Assembly (NCBI GenBank): GCA_041650935.1
Contig: JBAZKH010000002.1
Coordinates: 128,372 to 192,371 of the forward strand
DNA length: 64,000 bases
Origin: Candidatus Omnitrophota bacterium
Lineage (GTDB): Bacteria > Omnitrophota > Gorgyraeia > 2-01-FULL-45-10
Direction of reading: 5' to 3'
The translations under genes and the position numbers were made by a program. The notes below the pieces were generated by a model, which ran no database searches, had not been told where the DNA came from, and was given only the letters and a program-made list of their open reading frames with translations. Shown here piece by piece: positions 39,201 to 48,836 of this stretch. How positions within the stretch are numbered: position 1 is the stretch's first letter; every line of letters starts with the position of its first letter.

Positions 39201-40967
39201 GCGACTCACGAGCCCGGAGAGAACTGTCTATTCCAACCGACAGTCGCCGACCTGGACGGTAACGGAGAAAAAGAGATCATTGTGCAGTCGATGTTCTACG
39301 GTAACGAGATACATGTATTCGACTGCAAAGGAAATATAATGCATGGCTGGCCGAAAAAGCTTTGTCCGCCATCCTGGTACTGGGATGGATACAGTTCTGC
39401 CCCAATCGCCGCGGATGTAGACAAAGACGGCATACTGGAGATACTCACGGCCGCAAACAATAATAAAATCTATATCTTTAAGCCGGACGGCACTATCCTG
39501 GCCGGATGGCCCCTGCAATTCGATATAAATGACATCTTGACGTTAGGCCAAATTGTCGTAGGAGACCTGGATAAAGACGGTAATATTGAGATTGTGGTAG
39601 GGGGACCCCGTATCGTACAAGGTTGGAATAGCAAAGTAGGAAACGTTTTATACGTTTTCCGTGCCAACGGCACTGTATATAACAGCGCCTGGCCCGTTTG
39701 CCGCATGCCAAACGGCTTCGGCGTAACCTGGGTTTATGGTCTTACACCCACCTTAGCCGATATAAATAATGACGGCCTGCCGGAGATCATTATTAACGGC
39801 GTTGCCGACTTTTTCAGAGGGGAGTCCTTTAACGTTTATGATATTAACGGTCGTGAAATTAAGGAGCTTCGCAAGCCTATTTTAGGGTTTACAGCCTGGC
39901 CTGCGAATTGTCCGGTTGTAGGTGATTTTTCAGGCAGCGGTAAAAATCAGATCCTGTGGCTTGCTCGCGGCTATGTTTGTGAAGAAAGCTCCAGGAACAC
40001 AGTTTTTTATAGCTCCAGTTATTATGATATGTACCTGTGGAACACCGATACGCCTTCGACTAATCCCAGGCCCTGGCCCATGTTCCACTGCGACTCCCGG
40101 CATGCGGGGGCTATACCTGCAAATGTCGCCAGCCCGTTTAAAGCGCCTTCGGATTTGCGCGTAATAAATAACACAAGCACGATGGTGGAGTTGTCGTGGA
40201 AGAATAATTCCGCGTTGATAACGGACTTTGAGATCGAAAGGAAAGCGGCCGTTGGCGGCGCATATGCCAAGATAGACGAAGTGAAGGCTAAAAATACCTC
40301 TTACAAGGACAAGAAAGTCCCGTCAGGAGTGACATGCTTTTACAGGGTCCGCGCGGCCAAGGGCAGCGCTTACCGGTCGAAATATTCGAACGAAGTAAAT
40401 GTGGATACCGTCCTGCCCGGGCCATCCGGTCTTACCGCGACCGCCGTATCATCCATGCAGATAAATCTTGCCTGGTTAGATAACTCTAAGGATGAAAGAA
40501 AATTCTGTGTAGAGCGGAAGACCGGCGCCGGCGGTACGTATGTCGAAATACACAGGACAGCTTCCAACCACGCTAACTATAAAGACAATAGGGCCATTCC
40601 CGGCACGACATACTACTACAGGGTCCGCGCGATAAATAAAAAAGGCGCTTATTCCGAGTATTCGGATGTGGCGAGCGCTATAACTTTGCTGCCTGCGCCG
40701 TCCGGACTTACCGCGACCGCCATATCGAAGAAAGCGATAAAGCTTTACTGGACGGATAATTCCAAAGACGAGAAAAATTTCCTTATCGAAAGAAAGCTGG
40801 GCGCTAACGGCACTTATGCCCAGATCCATAAAACGGGTCCCAAAGATAACGATTATAAGGATACTCAGCTAAGCGCGGGAACGACTTACTATTACAGGGT
40901 CCGCGTAGTCAATAAAAGCGCTTATTCAGAATATTCGAACGAAGCGCACGCTGCCACAAATAGATAG
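36300..40967 (+). CDS. secreted subtilisin-like serine protease (S8) fused to FG-GAP/VCBS beta-propeller repeats and three C-terminal fibronectin type III domains
   Basis: A start at 36300 (MKTKMIITFLPLL... signal peptide, GGAGGG 6 nt upstream) is preferred over the track start 36225. The catalytic triad motifs are DTGVDYNHPDL, HGTHCAGTIAA and GTSMACPHVSG. It has multiple DxDGDG/FG-GAP repeats and three roughly 86-aa FN3 units. Confidence 0.8.
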   Translation: MKTKMIITFLPLLIFIFLVSISSAADDIRSSNKNPGLVQKIRIPGPAADGAIKGFQTQVNMARSLSCASADNGGFSELMDESAADTNKEASATPAYKPGEIIVKVKEGYSVSDLDSLNTQYNAASPQKAFPMYVEPQEKLDTLKKELADLSEGHNSWYWQLDKNSDEYKKYEERLAAEKKALADQIKREAETVARFEAYNAECVDGGSTTPGLERIYLLKLDSSVDPKQLAAIYGADPAVEYAHPNYIARINMIPNDTYYASSGAWKQPFRDLWGVVKTQADKAWDTTQGEGVVVAVSDTGVDYNHPDLKANMWKDKNGSCGYNFVADNTDPMDDFGHGTHCAGTIAAVGNNNIGIIGIAPKAKIMAVKGLDNTGSGYMSDLAQTIQYAADNGADVISCSWGGPEDSEDSDCMLLCDTVRYATNIRNSVVVAAAGNDDMNVGSYNIYPANIKEVITVAASTSEDKKAEFSNYGAKIDVSAPGGGDIGGKHPERSILSLKASLAVPDILGGKSAPLVIGGNYLRQAGTSMACPHVSGVAALVKSLHRDFTPEQVRQAIRAGSDDILYAGFDTYSGYGRVNALGAISILPIAPVIIEPSVRQWDNADTIPIKFTVKGSNVASWKIEYSDVKSTWRILTQGTGPVNTPAVFDWDIRAIPDGPRTIRLVAVNSQGKIFESKTDIYNNHVTVTKPQNHFSDNYYGPGKNVVIEGTVNPYGLTSYTLSIYKLEEDASFVPGKFIGYTSGKSIPVENTVVNLANGGKAPVINGRIAEWDIRNIPAGYYRIQLNVFTQTSGTSPTTRKVMVEVDPSLHPGWPLHIPIMTDGGWTSPPVNIFTAADINGDGRDEILFNYSGQINVMDSNGASLPGWPRTFASAGDTSQNGVTIGDVMGTGKPQIIVGTCGGQIHLFDRAGNLVKKFPEGSRSSYGVNPAVAVSDIDMDGKNEMVITAGMNLYVVGRDGEKWSEELSATHEPGENCLFQPTVADLDGNGEKEIIVQSMFYGNEIHVFDCKGNIMHGWPKKLCPPSWYWDGYSSAPIAADVDKDGILEILTAANNNKIYIFKPDGTILAGWPLQFDINDILTLGQIVVGDLDKDGNIEIVVGGPRIVQGWNSKVGNVLYVFRANGTVYNSAWPVCRMPNGFGVTWVYGLTPTLADINNDGLPEIIINGVADFFRGESFNVYDINGREIKELRKPILGFTAWPANCPVVGDFSGSGKNQILWLARGYVCEESSRNTVFYSSSYYDMYLWNTDTPSTNPRPWPMFHCDSRHAGAIPANVASPFKAPSDLRVINNTSTMVELSWKNNSALITDFEIERKAAVGGAYAKIDEVKAKNTSYKDKKVPSGVTCFYRVRAAKGSAYRSKYSNEVNVDTVLPGPSGLTATAVSSMQINLAWLDNSKDERKFCVERKTGAGGTYVEIHRTASNHANYKDNRAIPGTTYYYRVRAINKKGAYSEYSDVASAITLLPAPSGLTATAISKKAIKLYWTDNSKDEKNFLIERKLGANGTYAQIHKTGPKDNDYKDTQLSAGTTYYYRVRVVNKSAYSEYSNEAHAATNR

Positions 40968-41075
40968 CCCCTTTAAAATAAGGGACGGGCTGTTTTTCAA
41001 TCGGCTTGACACGCCTCTTAATATAATATAAAATATTACCCGCTAAATGTAACAATATAATATAACCCGGAATAT

Positions 41076-42368
41076 ATGATAGATAGATATTCGCTTCCCA
41101 GGATCTCCGCGATATGGAGTGACGAGAATCGCTTTAAAAAGATGCTCGATGTCGAGCTATACGCGTGCGAAGCTCTGGCCAAACTTGGCAGGATACCCAA
41201 GCATTCGCTATTTCAGATACAGAAGCATGCCCGGTTCGATGTTGCCAGGATACGCGAGATCGAGCGCGAGACAAACCACGATGTAATAGCTTTCCTGAAG
41301 AACCTTTCGGAGAATATAGGCGAGGACGCCAAGTATGTCCATATGGGGCTTACTTCCAGCGATGTATTGGATACGGCGCTTTCTGTCCAGATGCGCGAGG
41401 CCTGCGGTATTTTAATCGACGACGTCCAGAAACTCCTTAAGATGCTTTCGCGCAAAGCGAGATGCCATAAAAAGACGCTGATGGCCGGCAGGACGCATTC
41501 GGTCCATGCGGAGCCTACGACGTTTGGCTTGAAAATGGCGCTCTACTACGATGAGATGATGCGGGATCTCGAGCTTTTAAAGCATGCCCGCGAAATCATC
41601 TCCGTAGGAAAAATATCGGGCGCGGTCGGCACGTACGCCAATATAGACCCGTTTGTCGAAACATATGTATGCAGGCGGCTCGGTCTCAAACCCGCCAGGA
41701 TCTCTAACCAGATACTACAGCGTGACCGGCACGCCCAATTCCTGAGCGCCATAGCGATAACCGGGACATCGCTTGAAAAATTTGCCACCGAATTCAGGAA
41801 CCTGCAGCACACAGAGATAGGCGAGGTGGAGGAATATTTTGCGAAGGGCCAGAAGGGCTCGAGCGCCATGCCCCACAAGAAGAATCCTATAGCCTGCGAA
41901 CGTGTTGCGGGGCTTGCGCGCATTCTCAGGGCAAATGCGATAGTATCCATGGAGAATATGGTCTTGTGGCACGAACGTGACATATCGCACTCTTCGGCAG
42001 AACGCGTGATACTGCCGGATTCAACGATAGCGCTTGATTATATGCTGAATAAGTTTGCAGATATCGTGTGGCACCTGATCGTCCACGAAGATAGAATGCT
42101 TGCCAACCTCAATATGTCCAGAGGCGCGGTATTTTCTGGAAGGTTATTGGTCAAACTCATAGATAAGGGGCTCACCCGTAACGAGGCCTACGATAAGATA
42201 CAAAAGTGTGCATTCACCGCTAAGAAAGAGAGCCTGGATTTTAAAGACGCGGTCCTGTCCGACGACGGCATCCGTTCGTTGCTTGGGGCAAGCGAGATCG
42301 AAGAAGTCTTCGATCTAAAATATTACCTGAAGAATGTGGACAGGATATTCAGGCACGTGGGAATATGA
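41076..42368 (+). CDS. purB: adenylosuccinate lyase
   Basis: It has the fumarate-lyase signature GSSAMPHKKNP. Confidence 0.9.
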   Translation: MIDRYSLPRISAIWSDENRFKKMLDVELYACEALAKLGRIPKHSLFQIQKHARFDVARIREIERETNHDVIAFLKNLSENIGEDAKYVHMGLTSSDVLDTALSVQMREACGILIDDVQKLLKMLSRKARCHKKTLMAGRTHSVHAEPTTFGLKMALYYDEMMRDLELLKHAREIISVGKISGAVGTYANIDPFVETYVCRRLGLKPARISNQILQRDRHAQFLSAIAITGTSLEKFATEFRNLQHTEIGEVEEYFAKGQKGSSAMPHKKNPIACERVAGLARILRANAIVSMENMVLWHERDISHSSAERVILPDSTIALDYMLNKFADIVWHLIVHEDRMLANLNMSRGAVFSGRLLVKLIDKGLTRNEAYDKIQKCAFTAKKESLDFKDAVLSDDGIRSLLGASEIEEVFDLKYYLKNVDRIFRHVGI

Positions 42369-43087
42369 GACGAGGAGAAAAGATGGAGAAATTAAAACAA
42401 ATCTACGAAGGTAAGGCCAAGATATTGTATGAAACCGACGACCCGGATCTGCTTATACAGGAGTTCAAGGACGACGCGACAGCTTTTGACGCTACGAAAC
42501 GCGGCACCATTGTCAATAAAGGCGTGATCAATAATAAACTATCCGAAAAGTTATTCATCCTGCTTACCGATAAAGGTATACCCACGCATTTTGTAAAGCG
42601 CCTTAACGATAGAGAAATGCTTATTAAAAGGGTCCAGATAGTTCCCATCGAAGTGACGGTGCGCAATATCGTCGCCGGCGGGATGGCGAAATTATTGGGC
42701 CTGGAGGAGGGGATAATCCTTAAAGAGCCGGTCCTCGAGTATCATTACAAAGAGGACAAGCTTCATGATCCCCTGATAAACGAATATCATATAAAAGCGC
42801 TTAAAATAGCCACTGATAAAGAGCTCGACACGATAAAAAAATATTCCTTCATGGTGAATGAGGCGCTCAAAGCCTTCTTCAATTCTAAGGGGCTCATCCT
42901 CGTGGATTTCAAGCTCGAATTCGGAAGGAATAAGAATAAAGTGATCCTTGCCGACGAGATATCGCCGGATACATGCAGGCTGTGGGACAAGGATACGAAA
43001 GAAAAGCTCGACAAGGACCGTTTTCGCAGGGATCTCGGAGGCGTCGAAGAGGCGTACCAGGAAGTATTGCGCCGCGTTCTGGAATAA
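42365..43087 (+). CDS. purC: SAICAR synthase
   Basis: The N-terminus LYEGKAKILY and the family length are typical. Confidence 0.9.
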   Translation: MRRGEKMEKLKQIYEGKAKILYETDDPDLLIQEFKDDATAFDATKRGTIVNKGVINNKLSEKLFILLTDKGIPTHFVKRLNDREMLIKRVQIVPIEVTVRNIVAGGMAKLLGLEEGIILKEPVLEYHYKEDKLHDPLINEYHIKALKIATDKELDTIKKYSFMVNEALKAFFNSKGLILVDFKLEFGRNKNKVILADEISPDTCRLWDKDTKEKLDKDRFRRDLGGVEEAYQEVLRRVLE

Positions 43088-43123
43088 ATTTTTCGACACA
43101 GCATATTTCCACCCCGGGGCGGA

Positions 43124-44143
43124 ATGAGACATGGAGCAGTAATAATGAAACGCATAACATATAAATCCGCCGGGGTCGACATCGACAAAGCGAACCGGCT
43201 CGTGGCCGACTATAAACGGTTTGCGCGCTCGACCAGGATAGGCGGGGTCTTAAGCGACGTCGGCGGTTTCGGCGCGCTATTCCGTCCCAATCTTAAGTCA
43301 TTACGCGACCCAATACTCGTATCTTCGACCGACGGCGTCGGGACGAAGCTGAAGATCGCGTTTCTTGCCGATAAACACGATACGGTAGGTATCGATCTCG
43401 TCGCGATGAGCGCTAACGACATACTCTGCTCGGGCGCCAGCGGCATGTTTTTCCTAGATTACATCTCTACTGGAAAGATCAAATCATCTGTTCTGAGGGA
43501 TATCGTTAAAGGTATTGCCGCAGGCTGCCGCGAGGCGGGCTATGCCCTTGTAGGCGGCGAGACGGCGGAGATGCCCGGCCTTTATGCCCCCGGCGAATAC
43601 GACCTGGCGGGATTCGGCGTCGGGATCGTCGACCGGAAAGACGTGATAGACGGACGTTCGACGAAAGTCGGCGATATCGTGCTGGGTCTTGAGTCGACGG
43701 GCCCGCATTCCAACGGCTATTCGCTTATCAGGAAAGTCTTCGGCCGGCGGGAACAAAAGGCGCTTTCGAAAGAATTACTTGCGCCCACACGCCTGTACGC
43801 AAAGCCGGTCCTGGCACTTAAAGAGCGTATCAAGATAAAAGGCATTGCCAACATAACAGGCGGCGCGTTTTACGATAAGATCCCCAGGATAATACCGGAA
43901 GGTATGGCCATCGAAATATACAAAACCTCATGGCGGGTGCCGGATATATTTTTGCGTATAAAAAGGACCGGCAATCTCGATGATAAGGAGATCTACAGGA
44001 CGCTCAATATGGGGATAGGGATGGTGTTGGTGCTGGCAAAACGCGACGCCGATAGAGCGATCGATATATTGCGAAGAAAAGGTGCCGAGTCGCATGTCAT
44101 AGGCCGGGTCGTAAAAGGCGATAGGGAAGTGACAATAATATGA
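43124..44143 (+). CDS. purM: phosphoribosylformylglycinamidine cyclo-ligase (AIR synthetase)
   Basis: It has YKSAGVD and the PurM N/C domains. The true start may be the in-frame ATG at 43145. Confidence 0.9.
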   Translation: MRHGAVIMKRITYKSAGVDIDKANRLVADYKRFARSTRIGGVLSDVGGFGALFRPNLKSLRDPILVSSTDGVGTKLKIAFLADKHDTVGIDLVAMSANDILCSGASGMFFLDYISTGKIKSSVLRDIVKGIAAGCREAGYALVGGETAEMPGLYAPGEYDLAGFGVGIVDRKDVIDGRSTKVGDIVLGLESTGPHSNGYSLIRKVFGRREQKALSKELLAPTRLYAKPVLALKERIKIKGIANITGGAFYDKIPRIIPEGMAIEIYKTSWRVPDIFLRIKRTGNLDDKEIYRTLNMGIGMVLVLAKRDADRAIDILRRKGAESHVIGRVVKGDREVTII

Positions 44144-45456
44144 GGATACTCGTAATCGGTTCGGGCGGACGGGAACATGCGCTATGCTGGCGGATAGCGC
44201 AAAGCATAAAGTGCTCGAAGTTGTATTGCGCGCCCGGTAACGGCGGGACAAGACAAGTAGCCGAAAATGTCGCTATAAACGCCGATGATATCGACGGCCT
44301 CCTGGGATTCGCCAAAACAAACAGGATAGACCTTACCGTCGTTGGGCCGGAAGCGCCGCTCGTAAAAGGCATCGTCGACACCTTCAGGGCGGCGGGTCTT
44401 AAAATATTCGGTCCGGATAAGAATGTAGCGGCCATAGAGGGCAGTAAGATATTTGCGAAGAATCTTATGAATAGGGCCGGCGTTCCTACAGCCGCTTTTG
44501 AGGTTTTTGAAAATATAGACGATGCCCTGCGGTATGCAGGGACCAGGACGCTGCCGCTTGTGGTCAAGGCGGACGGTCTTTGCGCGGGTAAAGGAGTCGT
44601 TATCTGCAAAACGCAGGAGGAGGTCAGGGACGCTCTTGAAAATATGATGGTCGCAAAGCTCTTCGGCCCGGCCGGCGAAAAAGTGATAATAGAAGAGTGT
44701 CTCGCCGGCGAAGAGGCGTCGATAATAGTAATATCGGACGGTAAGGACATAGCGCCGTTTGTCTCGAGCCAGGATCATAAAAGGGTATTTGACGGTGATA
44801 TCGGTCCGAATACCGGAGGCATGGGGGCGTACTCTCCGGCGCCGGTCATAACGGGAGACCTTTTCAAGAAGATCATAGATACGATAATTCACCCGGTTAT
44901 CAATACGCTCGCGCAAGACGGGACTCCTTACGTGGGAGCGCTCTATGCCGGCATCATGATCACAAAGGCCGGCCCATTTGTCCTTGAGTTTAACGCGCGT
45001 TTTGGCGATCCGGAGACGCAGGCAGTATTACCGAGACTGAAGAGCGACCTGGTGGAGATTATGGAGAGGGCCATTGACGGTGAACTGGCGAATTTTTCGC
45101 TTGCCTGGGATTCGCGACCCTGCGTGTCGGTGGTGATGGCCGCCGGCGGGTATCCGGGGAATTACGAAAAGGGGATGGAGATAAAGGGGTTGGCCGAAGC
45201 CGCCGCGCTGAAGGATGTCGTCATCTTTCATGCCGGTACGCGCAAAGGCAGGCGCGCCACAGACAGCGATGAATCGTTCATAACGACCGGCGGCAGGATT
45301 TTGAATGTGACGGCCGTCGGCGACGATATGCAGAAAGCCGTAGATAATTGTTATAACGCCGTCAGGCTGATACATTTCGATAAGATGCATTACAGAAGGG
45401 ACATAGGCGTCAAGGCGCTGAAGCCTGCCGCGCTTTCCCGTACTAAACCGCGGTAA
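44140..45456 (+). CDS. purD: phosphoribosylamine--glycine ligase
   Basis: The N-terminus MRILVIGSGGREHAL and an ATP-grasp domain are present. Confidence 0.9.
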   Translation: MRILVIGSGGREHALCWRIAQSIKCSKLYCAPGNGGTRQVAENVAINADDIDGLLGFAKTNRIDLTVVGPEAPLVKGIVDTFRAAGLKIFGPDKNVAAIEGSKIFAKNLMNRAGVPTAAFEVFENIDDALRYAGTRTLPLVVKADGLCAGKGVVICKTQEEVRDALENMMVAKLFGPAGEKVIIEECLAGEEASIIVISDGKDIAPFVSSQDHKRVFDGDIGPNTGGMGAYSPAPVITGDLFKKIIDTIIHPVINTLAQDGTPYVGALYAGIMITKAGPFVLEFNARFGDPETQAVLPRLKSDLVEIMERAIDGELANFSLAWDSRPCVSVVMAAGGYPGNYEKGMEIKGLAEAAALKDVVIFHAGTRKGRRATDSDESFITTGGRILNVTAVGDDMQKAVDNCYNAVRLIHFDKMHYRRDIGVKALKPAALSRTKPR

Positions 45457-45498
45457 AGCTTTGTAAGGCCTATTACCGCGGAGCAGAAGGAGATTTCG

Positions 45499-45990
45499 AT
45501 GGCAAAACGACCGGTAGTTGCCGTTATCATGGGGAGTGATTCCGACCTGGCCGTTATGGGCGAGGCGGCGAAAATTTTAGACTCAAACGGCGTGGCATAT
45601 CGGCTTAAGATACTCTCCGCGCATCGTTCACCCGACGACACAGCGTCTTTTACAAAGGCCGCGCGCGCCAAGGGCTTCAAAGTTATAATAGCCGGCGCCG
45701 GCGGCGCGGCGCATCTCGCAGGCGTCATAGCCAGCCATACCACGCTACCCGTCATAGGCGTGCCGATGGAGACGAGGGAATTAAAAGGGATAGATTCTCT
45801 ATTTTCGACGGTGCAGATGCCTTCCGGGGTCCCGGTAGCTACTATGAGTATAGGCAAATCCGGCGCCCGCAACGCCGCCATTCTTGCCATGCAGATATTG
45901 AGCCTGTCCGATAAACGGATCGAAAAACAGATATCGAAATTCAAAAAAGGGCTTGTGGCGGCCGTAAGGGCCAAGAACAGAAAACTTTAA
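45499..45990 (+). CDS. purE: N5-carboxyaminoimidazole ribonucleotide mutase
   Basis: It has the motifs VIMGSDSD and AGGAAHLAGV. Confidence 0.9.
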   Translation: MAKRPVVAVIMGSDSDLAVMGEAAKILDSNGVAYRLKILSAHRSPDDTASFTKAARAKGFKVIIAGAGGAAHLAGVIASHTTLPVIGVPMETRELKGIDSLFSTVQMPSGVPVATMSIGKSGARNAAILAMQILSLSDKRIEKQISKFKKGLVAAVRAKNRKL

Positions 45991-46631
45991 TGCGATCTTT
46001 GAAGAGAACGGTTGTCTTGCAGGTTAACCCGGAAAGACCGGATAAGAGATCTATAAGTCTCGGCGCAGGGATGTTGCGCTCGGGCGGGCTGGTTGCGTTT
46101 CCGACGGAGACCGTCTATGGTCTCGGCGCGAATCTCCTGGACGAAAAAGCAATAGCGCGGTTATGCAGGGTAAAGCATCGCCCGAAGGGAAAACAGTTCA
46201 CCGTCCATATCGAAAACATCTCCGCGATAAAGAAATTAAAGTGCGAAATTCCGCCTGCCGCCGGGAAACTTATCGATAAATATTGGCCCGGGCCCTTGAC
46301 CATAATACTGAAGTCCAAAGACGGCGCCAGGACGGGTTTCAGGATGCCTGCCAACGCTGTGGCTTTGGCGCTCATAAGGCAGGCAAAGGTTCCGGTAGTT
46401 GCGCCGAGCGCGAACATAAGCGGCCGGCGGCCGCCAACGGGACCTGAGGGCGTATTGAAGCAGCTGGCGGGCAGGATAGACCTTCTGCTGGACGCCGGGC
46501 CATCGGAAGTCGGCGTAGAATCGACCGTTGTGGATATGACAGTCAGTCCTCCGCAAATTTTGCGCGCGGGAGCAATAAAAAGGGTTGAAATATTCAAGGC
46601 GTTAAATCCGAAATCCGAATATCGAATTTAA
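45990..46631 (+). CDS. tsaC: L-threonylcarbamoyladenylate synthase (YrdC/Sua5 family)
   Basis: It has the YrdC fold motifs FPTETVYGLGAN and SANISG. Confidence 0.8.
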   Translation: MRSLKRTVVLQVNPERPDKRSISLGAGMLRSGGLVAFPTETVYGLGANLLDEKAIARLCRVKHRPKGKQFTVHIENISAIKKLKCEIPPAAGKLIDKYWPGPLTIILKSKDGARTGFRMPANAVALALIRQAKVPVVAPSANISGRRPPTGPEGVLKQLAGRIDLLLDAGPSEVGVESTVVDMTVSPPQILRAGAIKRVEIFKALNPKSEYRI

Positions 46632-46641
46632 AGAGTAGCTT

Positions 46642-47115
46642 ATGGGCAGTATTAAATCAGTCTTATTCATTTGCACCGGCAACTCCTGCAGGTCTGTCAT
46701 GGCAGAGGGGCTTTTGAAGAAGCGCCTCAACGAGCTGGGCAAAACCGGTATAATTGTCCGATCCGCCGGGTTGAGGGCGCTTGATGGTTATTCGCCTATG
46801 GATGAGACGATTGAAGTAATGGCGGCGGCGGGCGTCGATGTAAACACATTCAAATCGACCGCGATCACAAAAGATATGGTAAAAGCGGCGGACCTTATCC
46901 TTGTAATGGCCGCCTCTCACAAATATGAAATTACAAGGCGCGTGCCGGCGGCGGCTGCCAAGACATTCCTGCTGCGGGAATACGGTATCACAGCAGGTGA
47001 AAAGACGCCGGCGGATACGGATATACCGGATCCCATAGGCCTGAGCATTCCGGAGTATCAGGCCTGTCTTGACGCCATAAAGAAAGAGGTAGAAAGGGTG
47101 GCGGATATATTATGA
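46642..47115 (+). CDS. low-molecular-weight protein phosphatase (YwlE-like protein-arginine/tyrosine phosphatase)
   Basis: It has the P-loop CTGNSCRS and a later DP motif, and is 157 aa. Confidence 0.75.
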   Translation: MGSIKSVLFICTGNSCRSVMAEGLLKKRLNELGKTGIIVRSAGLRALDGYSPMDETIEVMAAAGVDVNTFKSTAITKDMVKAADLILVMAASHKYEITRRVPAAAAKTFLLREYGITAGEKTPADTDIPDPIGLSIPEYQACLDAIKKEVERVADIL

Positions 47116-47561
47116 TAAAGATCGCAATCGGCAGCGACCATGGTGGTTATGAATTAAAGAAGAACATTATCGAGTTCCTGCGGCAGGAAAAATACGCGGT
47201 TGAGGATATGGGCACGCATTCGAAGGATTCCTGCGATTATCCCATGATAGGCTTTGAGGTGGCAAAGGCCGTGTCCGGCGGGAAAGCCGATAAGGGCATC
47301 CTCATATGCAAGACCGGTGTCGGTATGGTAATAATTGCAAACAAGCTCCACGGGGTGCGCGCGGCAGTATGTTACGATAAAGAGATAGCGCGGTCATCGA
47401 GGGAGCATAATGACTGTAATATCGCCGTCCTGGCTGCCAACTATACCGATTTTAACAAATCTAAAGAGATCCTTAAAATCTGGATCAAGACGGCCCATGA
47501 GGGAGAGCGTCACGCGAGACGCGTGAAACAGATCAAGGACATAGAATCGAAGTTGAAATAA
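47112..47561 (+). CDS. rpiB: ribose-5-phosphate isomerase B
   Basis: The RpiB/LacAB-family N-terminus MIKIAIGSDHGGYELK is present, and the protein is 149 aa. Confidence 0.85.
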   Translation: MIKIAIGSDHGGYELKKNIIEFLRQEKYAVEDMGTHSKDSCDYPMIGFEVAKAVSGGKADKGILICKTGVGMVIIANKLHGVRAAVCYDKEIARSSREHNDCNIAVLAANYTDFNKSKEILKIWIKTAHEGERHARRVKQIKDIESKLK

Positions 47562-47573
47562 AGGAGATATGGC

Positions 47574-48836
47574 GTGGGTAATTTAAGAAAGAAGGATCCG
47601 GAAATTTTTAGAGCCATCCTCGATGAAGCGCGCAGAGAAGCCGATAATCTGGAACTTATTGCCAGTGAAAATTTCGTATCGGAAGAAGTGCTGGAGGCTC
47701 AAGGGTCGTGCCTTACGAACAAATATGCCGAAGGCTATCCGAATGCGCGCTGGTATAACGGCTGTCGTAATGCCGATATAGTCGAATCGATAGCCATAGA
47801 AAGGGCCAAGAAACTGTTTGGCGCCGAGCATGTCAATGTCCAGCCGCACGCGGGCACGCCTGCCAACATGGTCGTCTACTTCGCCATGCTTAATGTAGGC
47901 GATACGGTGCTGGCTATGGACCTTGCCTGCGGCGGCCACCTGTCGCACGGCAACCCTCACAATTTTTCCGGGAAATTTTATAAGATCGTTCCATACGGCG
48001 TGGACCGCAAGACAGAGATGCTCGATTACGGCCGCATAGCGGAACTTGCGCAGGCGCACAAACCGAAGATGATAATTGCCGGCGCATCCGCATATTCGAG
48101 AGAGATAGATTTCAAAAAGTTCAGGGCCATAGCCGATTCCGTCGGCGCACTGCTCTTCGTAGATATAGCGCATATAGCCGGACTGGTCGCGGCAGGAGTA
48201 CATCAAAGCCCCGTCCCGTTCGCGGATTTTGTCACGACCACGACGCATAAGACACTGCGCGGCCCCAGGGGCGCTATCATAATGTGCAAAAGAGAGTTCG
48301 CCCGGCGGATAGATACTGAGGTTTTCCCCGGCGCCCAGGGCGGACCGCTTATGCAGGTTATCGCTGCCAAGGCCGTATGCTTTAAAGAGGCGCTGCAGCC
48401 GGCATTCAAGACCTATCAGAAACAGATAGTGAAGAATACCAGGGCCTTTTCCGCCGAGATGGCAAAGATGGGATATCGGATAGTCGCCGGCGGGACGGAT
48501 ACGCACTTATTCTTAGTCGACCTTACCGATAAAAATATTACCGGTAAAGACGCCGCGACCGTTCTGGAGAGGGCCGGTATCACGCTGAATAAGAATCTTA
48601 TACCGTACGATCCCAGGCCGCCGCAGGTAGCTAGCGGTGTGCGCATAGGTACGCCGGCTATTACGACGCGCGGCATGAAGGAGCCCGAGATGCGTCGTAT
48701 CGCCCGTCTTATCGACGAGGTTCTGCGCGACATGTCGAACGCGAATACTATTAAAGGAGTGAGTGCCGAAGTTGCAAAGCTTGCCAAAAAGTTTCCCCTG
48801 TATAAAGATTTGATCCGGAGGCTGGAAAGAGAGTGA
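47574..48836 (+). CDS. glyA: serine hydroxymethyltransferase
   Basis: It has the PLP-Lys motif [13 protein letters not shown]. Confidence 0.9.
   Translation: MGNLRKKDPEIFRAILDEARREADNLELIASENFVSEEVLEAQGSCLTNKYAEGYPNARWYNGCRNADIVESIAIERAKKLFGAEHVNVQPHAGTPANMVVYFAMLNVGDTVLAMDLACGGHLSHGNPHNFSGKFYKIVPYGVDRKTEMLDYGRIAELAQAHKPKMIIAGASAYSREIDFKKFRAIADSVGALLFVDIAHIAGLVAAGVHQSPVPFADFVTTTTHKTLRGPRGAIIMCKREFARRIDTEVFPGAQGGPLMQVIAAKAVCFKEALQPAFKTYQKQIVKNTRAFSAEMAKMGYRIVAGGTDTHLFLVDLTDKNITGKDAATVLERAGITLNKNLIPYDPRPPQVASGVRIGTPAITTRGMKEPEMRRIARLIDEVLRDMSNANTIKGVSAEVAKLAKKFPLYKDLIRRLERE

Noticed and set aside
44182-44916. 244-aa minus-strand ORF and neighbours 44097-44750, 45390-45974
   Set aside because: They are antisense to purD/purE, which have full-length conserved similarity.
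47583-48506. 307-aa minus-strand ORF
   Set aside because: It is antisense to glyA (PLP-Lys motif [13 protein letters not shown] on the plus strand).
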